Source of the DNA: Sarea resinae
Taxonomy: Eukaryota
DNA: 64,000 nt
Assembly (NCBI GenBank): GCA_026026165.1
Contig: JAPEUD010000010.1
Location: 372,001 to 436,000 of the forward strand
Direction: 5' to 3'
Part shown: positions 49,875-60,174 of the stretch, one piece after another
Numbering within the stretch: the stretch's first letter is position 1
Layout of the letters: every line of letters begins with the position of its first letter
Program-made: the position numbers and the translations under genes
Notes under the pieces: model-generated
Seen by the model: only the letters and a program-made list of their open reading frames with translations
Told to the model about the DNA's origin: nothing
Database searches by the model: none

Positions 49875-50732
49875 AGAGAGAAGGGGAAGGGTCAGCTCCC
49901 ATCTACCGCGACTCGAAGACTCTGTCCACCAGCCAGCGAAGGAAAGGAAAGAGACGAAGCGAGTGTAGGCTATATTGGTCCTGTTGGGAGAATCCCACTA
50001 CCTATGTCGACAGCGCATAATAGCATGAACCAAACCCGAAACATTCGACAAGGAATACAAAAACTCAAGCATCACGTTCCCCCAAGCTTTGGGGGTACTG
50101 TATCCAATCGATCACCCCGACTCTCTTTATGACTACAGGAGAAATATGCGGCAGGTCACTAGGGTAGCCAACACCCCACCACTGAGGCTTCTCGGCGAAG
50201 TTCTGGATCGCGAGATATCTGTCCCACGGCGCGGGAGTTCTAGTCCGCTTCGCCGTCGCGGCTCCCTCATCCGCGTCTCTGCCCGCGTACTTTGCCCCCT
50301 GGCAATCCAACAGCTACTCTAACAATCTAATAGCTACTATCTTACTACTCATACATAGATGAAAGGGGACACAAGGACTCCTCTGTACGTAGAGAAAGTA
50401 TCTCAGCCACCCAACCCTCACCTAGATGCGCAGACACCTAGGTCCTGCTAGGGGTTTTACTAGCTATTAGCTACAATTTACACAAGGACGCCTTCTGTCT
50501 AAGTTGACACAGGCGCTAGTCTAGATCTACTTCCACTACCAAACTTGGCAATCAACCTTGCATGCTGACTAGACGAGTTTATAGCCCTATGAATCTATAT
50601 ACTCTTATTATTCTCATACGTTTGTAGATATAAATATGACATTATATATACAATACATGTATATATCTCGAGCCTATTTACTCTCCAGCAGTACCAGATA
50701 AGAAAAAAAAAAACAACAGCCAATAAGTTCCA

Positions 50733-52253
50733 TCAAAGCGTAGCAATAAAGTCCTCCCGAGTCATCACACCAGCATCTACAGCCTCCTTGTGTGCGCTCG
50801 TCTCCTCCAAGTCCTTCTCATGCTGCTCAAGCTGCGCCAGCTTCCGTTGCACGAACGCTTCTATCTCCGCTGTATCATAGAACTCCTCCTTGCGCTGCTT
50901 CCACTCCTCCAGCCCGAAGCGCTGCCGCAGCTGGGAGAAGGGCACGCTGCTCTCGTCGTTGAAGCCGCACGAGAGGAGCATGTGGAGCCACATGGACCCC
51001 GAGGTCTCGGACCGCCTGATGAGGTTCAACAGCTCCCTAGCGTCATGTCTTCTGGGTTCTTCCGTCTCTTCGTTGGCCGCCTCTTCGTCCAGAACTCGCT
51101 TCAGTATATCGAGGTATCTGAGATAGCGGGCCAGGAGCGCGGGCACCTCGTCCTGGTCGAACTCGGCATCCCAGTTGTTCAGCCGGGCCATGAGCAGCCA
51201 CCACGGCGCGGAGCCGAAGAGCTGCGCGGGTCCGGCATACGACCATTCAAGGTCCACCACCCCGACGATCGTGAGGTCGTCCCGGCTCCGGACGAGCATG
51301 TTGGCCAGCCCGAGATCATCGCAGATGAGCTTGAACGGGCCGTGGTCGAAGCGCGGGTCGATGTAATCGGGTATGACGGACGAAAGGACCTGGAATGCTG
51401 CATATTTGGATCGGCCGCTGTATTCTCCGCCGATCGAGTTTGCTTGCTGCAGAAGCTGCTCCCAGTCCTGCTGGGCCACGTATTGGAAGTACTCCGTCGC
51501 CGTTGCGAAAGCTTGGGTGCGGTCGCCTGTGGGAGTCGCGGGGGGGGGTCATAATCAGCATATAAGACGAGGTACGCAGATCGCAGAACGAGAGAGGCCC
51601 AGAAACATGCCGAAAGTGTCCACGCCCCCCGTCTGGAGGATATCGTGGACTTTCCACGTCAACGGCCGGGGCGGCGCGGCGAACCCGGTCACCGGCGTCG
51701 GCAGACTGCCAAGGCGGTCGAAATCGAGCTTCCAGAGCTGCAGCAGGAAGCCGACAAACTGTCTATAGAGGCCCTCGATCTCGCCATCCCTGATCTCCGC
51801 CGTGACAAGTCTCGAGCTATGATCAGAGCGGAGGACGTCGTTCAGGCTCACGCCGTCGATAAAGTCCATCATGACAAACGGGCCGAGCCCGAGCTCGTTC
51901 TGCGCCGCGAGACCCCACGCTCGGACCGTGGGCACGGGGATCGTGGTTTTCGCCCGGATGAGACTCAGCGCCTCGACCTCCATGGCGACCTTCTCGTCCG
52001 CGAGCGCGGCGCAGATGTTGCCCGCGCGCGGGAAGCGGATCAGCCATGCGGTGTCGTCGCTGAAGCGGAACTTGATGCCGACGTTGTATGCGCCATGGAG
52101 AAAGCCGCTGTCGAGACGGCAAGGGAGGCGGTTGGGGTGCATGCTCGATACCCATTCAGTGAAGCGTCCCTGAGCATAAGTTTGGTTCACCTTGTCGATC
52201 CAGACGGACGTCTCCACCTCGTGGATGAGCTCGATGCGCTCGTTGACGTCCAT
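50733..52253 (-). CDS. APH-like phosphotransferase (fungal family), GC-rich
   Basis: G.YN, W.IRFP, EKV.MEV.AL..IR..T.IPVP.V..WG, GPF..MDFI.G, GPFKLICDDLGLANML, VVDLEWSY. The two ORFs join through an intron at 51527-51610 with a GC donor. Confidence 0.85.
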
Positions 52254-52857
52254 TGGGGCGAGCGTGGGAATCAATCTCGGTGTTGATATGCAGGAGAGAT
52301 GGAGAGAGTAACCATCTATAGTAACAAAAGACTGATATAAAAATACACTCTACTACCAATCTTACTAACCAAACCTTTCTCTCTTCTTTTCTCTTTAATA
52401 GTAATCATTACTAGAGACTCTTAAATTTCAACTTGTGTGAGAGAACTAATCTCTCTATTTTTAAATCTTGCTTTTTTCTTGGCAGTGCTAATGTTTTCTC
52501 CATGTTCTGTTCTTTCTCTCTCTACTATTCTCGATATTTGCTGGGTCATATTGCTTTATTAGGCTTTTCTGCTTTCCTCGATCATTGACTTCAAGTTTCC
52601 TATTCCCCCTTTCCTTGTTTGCCTTCCTATAGCTACGCTGAGGTGAGTTGCTATCCCAGTCCTCTTCCTGTGGTGTCGCGCGGTGCAATCCAGCCCAGCC
52701 CAGTCCACTCCAGTCCACCCACTTACAAAGCCCCACCACCTCAGATAGCTCGACTTATCATACGCCCTGGGAAACCCCGCCGCTTTACCCCCCGAAAGAA
52801 ACCCCCTTGGTAAACACAAGTCACAAAATCACACAAGAAAAGCAGCAGAGTAAAAAC

Positions 52858-55361
52858 TCAGCGTAAGAACGAACCCCTATAGCCACCCTTGTCCCTGACG
52901 TCCTCCAGTTCAACTGGAAAGTCTGGCCGACCGAATCTCCATTCTGCAACGGGGATCGAGCCAGGCATCTGCAGGCCCGAGGAGAGGACAAGGCGGGGGA
53001 ACGGCTCGTTGGACCAGATGGGCTGGTGGGCTTCCACGTCATCTTCTGGCGGAGGACCTTGTGTGGATGAAGTTGGTGTGGAAGATGAGGATGAGGCGAC
53101 AGCCGTGTCGTCTGACTGTCCTGGAGCTTGTGAGAACAGTGAGTAGATTCCCGAGATCATGGAGGTGAAGATATTACTTCCTGAGGTCGACGAAGGTGTC
53201 GAGGATGATATCTGCACCTCTCCCTCCCCTATCCCGATTCGTGCTGCTCCCGGCACGGCCTCGCTGGGCGTCTCTTCTCGTTCCACGGTGACATCCGCTA
53301 TAGGCTTCGAGAAGCGCATTCGATTCTTGTGTTCAGCCTCCTCATCTACAAGCACGACTGCTCCACCTTGCCACCCCGCTGCTGTGACAGTGAGGGCGTG
53401 ATAAGTGCCAAGGGCCATTTCATCACCATCACCATCACCATCACCATCAGTGAGGCCGAATCTCTGATCCCACGCCCGGCCTTCTTGCTCAATCCATTCA
53501 CTCACTTCGCCCTGGACCGTAGGGTCGTCGTACATCATGCGGATTCGTTCGCTTGCCTCTTCGGGATCGCAACCTCCGTTCGTCATAAACCCCAGCCAGT
53601 CTTGCTTTTCGGGCTCGAACCAGACTCGATGACCGGATATGTGGCCATGCGGAAGCATCTCGTTATCTATCTTGCGAGGGGCCTGTCGGACCCCTCGGAG
53701 CATTCCGCCTTGGTTATAAGCACCCAGTCCAAGTGCGCCGCAGCCTCTCGGCTCTGTGCCATATGATGAGATGTGACCGCTGGCATGAAGTGCGAGGTAA
53801 TGGTAGTCGCCAAATGCCAAGTAAACCACACCATTTCTTTGCAGGGCCTTGGGCCTACTGGGCTGGGGAAGCTCGCTATCGCTTCCTTCTATCTTGATGT
53901 CGTAGTACTGGTCTAGGAACGTGCAATCGGCGAGCAACACGTCCCCAAGTCTGCTGAAAACGGCAAAAGATCGGAAGGAGCCTTGAATATCTGTAATCTT
54001 CCCATCTTGGCCCAGCGAGGCTTCATTGAAGAGGGTGTCGAGCTCGATGACGCAAGCCGCTTCATAACCCTGGTCGGTTCTGCAGGCAAATACCTTTCCA
54101 AGATCGGTGAGAAACAGAATATACCCCTCCAGCACGATATGATTCACCACCTCACCGACAGTTTCGCCGAGGCTATCATATTGAGAATCGTCGTTGGCCA
54201 CAGATTGATTGGATCTTTGGTAAGATGAAAGTGGCACGACATCAGCATCGATTATCAACGTGTCACCAGGGTCAGCCTCATTACCGGAGGGTGATGAAGG
54301 CTCCCATACAGCAATGCCAGTCCCCCGAATGTATGCAGAGCTCCGGTCCCACCCAGCTACAACCCGTCGAACATTGTTAGTCTTTCCTCCTGGTGTTTCT
54401 TGATAGCTGTCACAATGCAAGAGTCTGATCTCGAAGGCAGGAAGATCACGATTATGCCAGAACCATATTTTGCCTGAATCGGAGAGTCCAAGGACGTGAG
54501 ATCTTCCGGCGGAGAAGTGTGCAATAGCAATTGCTGGATCGTAGCGGTCCGTTATCTGGGGAAACCCAGGGGGAAATGTAAGAACTCGAAGTCCCGCAGG
54601 AGTCGTTCTCTGGGCTCCCCAAAGACTGCTGCCGTTGAGGACGCCAGCGGTGAAAAGCGCGCCATTGGAGTTTAGTAGCGTCGTCGACCACCCTCTATCA
54701 GCATAGATCCTTAGCATACGACCACATTCAGATATACGTGTTTGAAAAGGGCCGCGTAAGAAATCTCGATAGATAAAGCGGGACAATCATGAACATACCC
54801 GCATTGCATATCAACAATGATACCGATATCCTTGGCACCTTGCATTTTCATGGGCCAGGCAATAGAGTTCCTGCTATGATTACGCACAGGACGTCTCAAA
54901 CGTCGTCCAGGAAGTGGAGGACGCGTGACAGGGTTATACGTGGGCTGAGGAGGACCCATAGGCCCAAGATTCTGGCCCTCGTTGTTCCCCCAGACATAGA
55001 CCCTGCTCTGGGTAAGGAGTCGTCTGTAGAGCTTTGCCAGATGATCGCCATCCGCCTGTATCATCGGTCTATTGGGAAGCCGGAATGTCGAACGAATGGC
55101 ACGATTCCAATAGCTCGAGTCATGACGCAATAGGTCGAGATCCCTCTGTGATGTTATCAGCATAACTGTACTGATTCAAGACTGGTACAGACTCACAGTG
55201 GTGAGGCATAGCGAGAAGAGATCTTGGATACCAAGGAACGAAGCCACATGCAACAGGACGTCAATGGCTGGACAAACAATCAGCAATCAGAGATTAAGCT
55301 CTCGCCAAGTCAAAATGTGCAACATACGCAGGTCAGTCAAACGCGTCTGGCTATCAGCCAT
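52858..55361 (-). CDS. F-box protein with RCC1-like repeats (Saf1/Pof9-like SCF substrate adaptor)
   Basis: Four exons; F-box LTDLPIDVLLHVASFL; VYVWGNN...LG, D.QCGGWST..L, SAGRSHVLGL, AFGDYH.LALH..G.I.SYG.EP..CGALGLG, VTAAGWQ.GA, FPRL.L..G..MPG. Confidence 0.85.
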
Positions 55362-56002
55362 GTTCTCATCCAGTGTGGCTCTGTAATGGCAGAGCTGCTC
55401 TTGGTTGGTGGGCAGGCCTTCACTATTCTGATGATGCCCTTCAAATGTGGCCAACAGCTTGAACAGGATATGTTCTGATTGCCGTGCTTAGCTTATAGAG
55501 GAAAATGCCAGAGTAGAAGCCCGGTAATTATTGTTATTGTGCCAACTGAGGTCCAGGTTGCAGAGCAATCAGATCATCGCGCTGTTGCCTAGGTAGGGAC
55601 GAAGGAGCGCGCGTATCGCAAGCGGCCGAAGGCGGTGAAGTTCCTCGCCTGCGTCATAGTCCCTCTCAACTGCCTATTCCTAGGGTAAACACGTACAGAT
55701 CAGAGCCAATTATCCGGCCATCAACAAATCCGAGTATCGAGACTGGAATATCCTTTACCTTTCTACCTATCTACCTGCCCCTTACGATTACATGTACGAT
55801 ACCTAGAACTCCAGGGAATACAGTGAACTTATCCCTCAAGGAAGCTTCGACTTATACCCTTGAATGCTTGTTGGAGAGGAAATATCCATGGATCATGAAT
55901 CATGTTCTTATGTATTTTGCTTCTATTCATGCCGCCACTACAGAGGCAGTCTACAGATAGAGAGCCAGGCCCTGCATGCATGGATGTATCCTACATCCCG
56001 CC

Positions 56003-57132
56003 TCAAGTCCCCGCCCACAATCCCCTAAAAGCCAACACACCCGCTAGGGCGCCGAGGGCACCGACGATCGGTTCTGGGACTGCACCAGTTTCAACCGACC
56101 AATGCACGGTCAGCGGCGCATAGAAGATATTGGACAGGAGGGCGGACGTCCATTTCGCGTCTTGTTGTGCGATTTCCTGCTTTTCGATTTCGTTTGTCGA
56201 GTCGGGAGAAGACGATAAGGAAGAAGCGGAGGGTGTAGCATGAGACTCCTCCGCCGTCTGTTTCTCAGCCTCTTTTTCGACAGAGGCAGCTCTTCGTAGT
56301 GCCTTCTCGCGATACAGCCGCACGAAGTCCAGCACGGTCCCTAGCATCCAAGCCCGCGAGCTCCAAAGCCAGGCCGCCATTTCTCTGCTCTGTGCGCCCC
56401 CCGTCACCTTTGCCTTTTCTCCACGCTTTCGCCGTCCCCATGCCTCTAGATCCAACACACCGAGACTATTCAGGAATGCCAGATTCTCCAGCACCTGATA
56501 CGCCAGATTCAGCACCGCCTGGGTGAGGGCGATGTACCGTAGTACGATGTCTCGGGGCGGGGAGGTAAGGGTTTTGGTCAGCGAGGTCCACAGCGGTGGA
56601 AGACCTAGCAGCCGTAGAGCCAAGCGCGTCGTGCTGAGGGTGGTGGTAAGGGATTTAAGGGCCGTCGTCGTTGGCGGGGAGAAAGAGAGGGGAAGAGTAA
56701 GTGTGCGCGGTTTGGTAGTGGTGGTGAGGCGATGGAGGAGGGGTAGTCGGACGGAGAGCGACTTTGAGGGCGGTAGAGATGAGAGTAGGTGCAGTGTGTA
56801 TTGTGCAATCAGAAGAGTGGTGTCCGTGCCATAGGAGCTGCTTAATACTCTGTTTGATACCTTTCATGTTAGCTTCTGATATCGTATCTTTTTCTCCTTG
56901 CCTTTGATCGGGTTTAGAGCAATTGAAGCATAAATAGACGAATAGATAGCAAGATTAAGTCGATTTGGGAGCCAACGTGCCTATTCAAATGCCCTACTCC
57001 TGACTCTGTATCTGCGAACAGCCCTCGCAACCTGTGTGCTATCTGCGCGCCCTTTTTGGACAGGGGATCCGGTGGTGGTGGGGGTGCAGCAGCAGGTGCC
57101 GAAGGTGCAGGCGCCGTCTGCTTGTCCGCCAT
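56003..57132 (-). CDS. Peroxin-11 family peroxisomal proliferation protein (Pex11C-like)
   Basis: Two exons; LNRVLSS..GTDT.L...QYTL, R..LRLLGL..LW, YQ.LEN.AFL..LGV, W.WSSR.W......DF.RL, N..YAPLTVHWS.E.G. Confidence 0.8.
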
Positions 57133-57402
57133 ATTCTTTGATCTTTTTGTTTGATCGTCTCCGGAGCTGGAGGAACTGGGCGGTCAGATATTGAGACCTA
57201 GACAGCGATTGAAGCTGGAGAAGAATGCTCAGGCCAGCAGCACGGCAAGGCGTTGTAAATCATGAGATGGTTCATTGCTAGGTACGAATCCCAAGGGATA
57301 CAGACAGGCATCATTCAAGCTTATGACGCGACACCGGCATATCCATATCCATTGCTGCGCTGCTTAGGCGTTCCCCGGATCGTGCCGGGCGGGGATGTGG
57401 AG

Positions 57403-57439
57403 CCGAGGTTTGCCTTTGGTGGGGCTGGATGGACCGAGG
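57403..57439. promoter_or_regulatory. Pair of CCGAGG/CCTCGG (FarA/FarB-type fatty-acid-response) motifs upstream of the PEX11-family gene
   Basis: CCGAGG at 57403-57408 and 57434-57439, about 270-310 nt upstream of the ATG. This is the known Far motif of peroxisomal genes in Aspergillus. Confidence 0.5.
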
Positions 57440-57792
57440 GACGTCAGGATGCATTGATGGATTAGTAGCTTCTCTACCGTACTCCCGAGTAGACTTCATG
57501 TCATGGATGTCAACCCTTTCAGCATCATCGCTCTCTTCACCGTTGTGCTTTGAGACAAGGCAAAATTGAGAACAGCCATGGTTGGACAGAGGCTGGCGTG
57601 TGCTATTGCAATCATTTTCAGCTCCGATCCTTGCTGACAGCTAATTTGGTTCCTGCTCAATGACCATGTTGCATCCTTATCAAGCCCAAACAAATTTCCT
57701 TACAGCAAGAAAGCCAAGCACGTCTCGCTCTTCATCGGCCGATTTCATCGTCAACTCCTCTTCTCATCCCCTTCCATAGATGACAACCTTGT

Positions 57793-59175
57793 TTATACCT
57801 GCATGATCACATCCGCCACCCCTGTTCCCACCGCTTCTTCTGTGACCGCGACTCCCCCATCAACCTCAAGCTCACCATCCCCAAATTCCTCAAACCCACA
57901 TTCTTCCTCATCGTCCACTGTCTCAAGATCACCCCCCGGCAACTTTGTTCCAGCTGCATCCTCCAATACAGCCTGATTCATCTTCCTCCATAGACCCAGG
58001 TCAAATTCGTCCATTTCCTCATCGTCGTAGGCTGCGAGTCGGTGGCCGAGGTCGCTATCGATAGAAGTGGCGGTGCCACTAGAGGATGTGTGCTTGCGTG
58101 TGCTGTCCAACATACCTTTGAAAGCTTTCTTCATGCTCGTACGGAATCCCTTGCTTTCATCGTCTTCCTCTCCGCCCCCTTCTAGTTCTTCGTTATCGCC
58201 CATGGCCGGATTCGTTGTCCTAAAAACTCCAGTCTCTTCGTCTGAGGATTTCAGGTCGATGCTGTAAGATTTTTGCGTGGCTGAAGCTTTGGGAAGACCA
58301 ATTGTGCGAAGTAGTCGGAAGTCGTGGACGGGCAGCCGATCGAAGATGTTGTTATCGGGAGCAGGCTCTACTGTTCCGTCTAGGACTTCTTCGAAGCTGA
58401 AAAATGCACGTTCGCGCGACGTCGGACGGCAGGTGAAACAGCATCTCCAGCGGCAGACAGGAAGGAGTCTGGCTTCAGAAGGATGAAAATCTGCCAGTCT
58501 TGCTGACTCGCGGCGGCGATTTAGGGGCGGACGAGTGATCGAACCATCGATTGATGGCAGTGTCGTTGAATGAATAGCATCATTGTACTGCGGTGTATTC
58601 TCATTCGATTCTGGAGATGGCGGCCGTACTCCAAAAGCCCTGATGCAATCCCTCACCCTCGCTTTCTGTGCCTTCATAGTCTCAACCTGCTGACTCGAAT
58701 AGAGACCTTTCTCGATGTCTTTGATAATCCAACCACTCAATCCAAGTTCTTCCAGCTCCACCCTCTCGGTTGCGTTCGTCTTGCTTTTGAAGGTCGACAG
58801 AATGCCATCTGGGTCGTTGAGTAACTTTCCATTGATCAGATGCTGGTTGTTAGCCTCTCCATGAATAACCTCTTGATCTTGCGTGCAGCTGTACACCCAT
58901 CCCGTATCTGGATACCGATGGCAGACGGAGCATTTGTGGAAGCCGAAGACTCGGGTCATGGTGACGTGCGTGCATGCAGCTACGCGGGAGTTCACGCCCT
59001 GTTTGGTTCCGGATGTGCGAGGTGGAGGGGATGGAGCGGCCAAGTTCCAGCTTGACGGAGAGCGAGGGGGAGGGGACGGAGGAAGCCTATTCCATTTTGC
59101 TGAGAGAGGAGGTGGACGATTAGGGCCAGCCAAGTTCCAGCTTGAAAGAGGGTTACCGTGCCAATCTCGTGGCAT
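57793..59175 (-). CDS. Uncharacterised fungal protein with two Cys/His clusters and an acidic C-terminus
   Basis: Long intronless ORF; CTH..MTR....C..C......W.Y.CTQD and C...CC..CRP..RER clusters; ends GGVAVTEEAV..GVADVIMQV. Confidence 0.75.
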   Translation of the reverse strand: MPRDWHGNPLSSWNLAGPNRPPPLSAKWNRLPPSPPPRSPSSWNLAAPSPPPRTSGTKQGVNSRVAACTHVTMTRVFGFHKCSVCHRYPDTGWVYSCTQDQEVIHGEANNQHLINGKLLNDPDGILSTFKSKTNATERVELEELGLSGWIIKDIEKGLYSSQQVETMKAQKARVRDCIRAFGVRPPSPESNENTPQYNDAIHSTTLPSIDGSITRPPLNRRRESARLADFHPSEARLLPVCRWRCCFTCRPTSRERAFFSFEEVLDGTVEPAPDNNIFDRLPVHDFRLLRTIGLPKASATQKSYSIDLKSSDEETGVFRTTNPAMGDNEELEGGGEEDDESKGFRTSMKKAFKGMLDSTRKHTSSSGTATSIDSDLGHRLAAYDDEEMDEFDLGLWRKMNQAVLEDAAGTKLPGGDLETVDDEEECGFEEFGDGELEVDGGVAVTEEAVGTGVADVIMQV

Positions 59176-60174
59176 TATGTCCGACGAAGTCAATATCAAT
59201 CTTGATCTTACAAGTCCGGATCAGAGAAGATAGCACCGCAGCGTTCGCGGGGTATTGGTGTAGCGGTAGACGCCTCTTGCTGTCTTTCGTTTCGTCCTCT
59301 TCGCAACGCTTCTTCGTACCGCCTATCTTCTATCCGCTACCGATTCAACGGCGATTTTGATGTTAGATCTCATTTAGCGCTCAAATAAGACTCCAAAGTT
59401 GATTGTAGGAGAATGTACATGACTAGAAGCAGGAGATTGTAGAGGCTCATTGTACATTATAACTCATGTTTGGGTCAGTCGGAGGGAGAAAGACATAAGA
59501 GGACAGTGGCAGACAACCGAGATATCGAGTGAAGATCGAGTGATTGAGCGATTGAGCGATTGAGGCAGTGAAGAGCTAATTGACAAGATACCTAGGCAGA
59601 CAGAGACGAAGAGGTAATTGAGTTAGTGAAGAGCCGTTGTCGGCATAGATGTTCGAATCTGTCAAGTAAGGCACAGCGGTAATCGCAGCAGCACAACCAT
59701 CACCATTACAATTTGAACACACACACACAAACGATCCCGCAAAAATCTCAAGCTTCTCTAGCTACTTTCACACAGACTAGAAACTTTGTTGGGTATTGAA
59801 TCTTCTATCATTATCTAGCTCTAGAGTCGTTCGTAAGTTGTAGAGTCTTCGTTTCCATCTCATCTCATTGATACATTAGCCGCGTTGAATATACTCGCGG
59901 AGAAAATGGTGGAATGCAGTATGTCGAAGGGCGCGTGTGCGAGTGTCTAAAAGAGGCGAAAGGAAAAGGGGAAAGGGGTAGAGAAAGAGAAAGAGAAAGA
60001 GATGTACTATCTCATCTGATCTCATCTCGTTATCTGACATATAGTCGACCCGAAGGATAACATCACGAGAAAAACGCCTCCAACTAAAACTTCCATACTG
60101 ACATGCTAGTGGGTCAAACCGGCAGTGGGTAAACTTCATAGTCTCTTCTCGTACCGTAGGCATGGGCAAAACAA

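Noticed and set aside
54687..54800. 5S-like start (CATACGACCA) and a possible C/D snoRNA in the F-box gene intron
   Set aside because: The 5S similarity ends after ~10 nt. The C box is poor (ATGATTG), with no terminal stem or recognisable guide.
59240..59345. tRNA-like A-box (TGGTGTAGCGGTA) with a downstream inverted match
   Set aside because: There is no GTTCRA T-loop at the proper spacing and no cloverleaf. At most it is a short imperfect hairpin in a leader.
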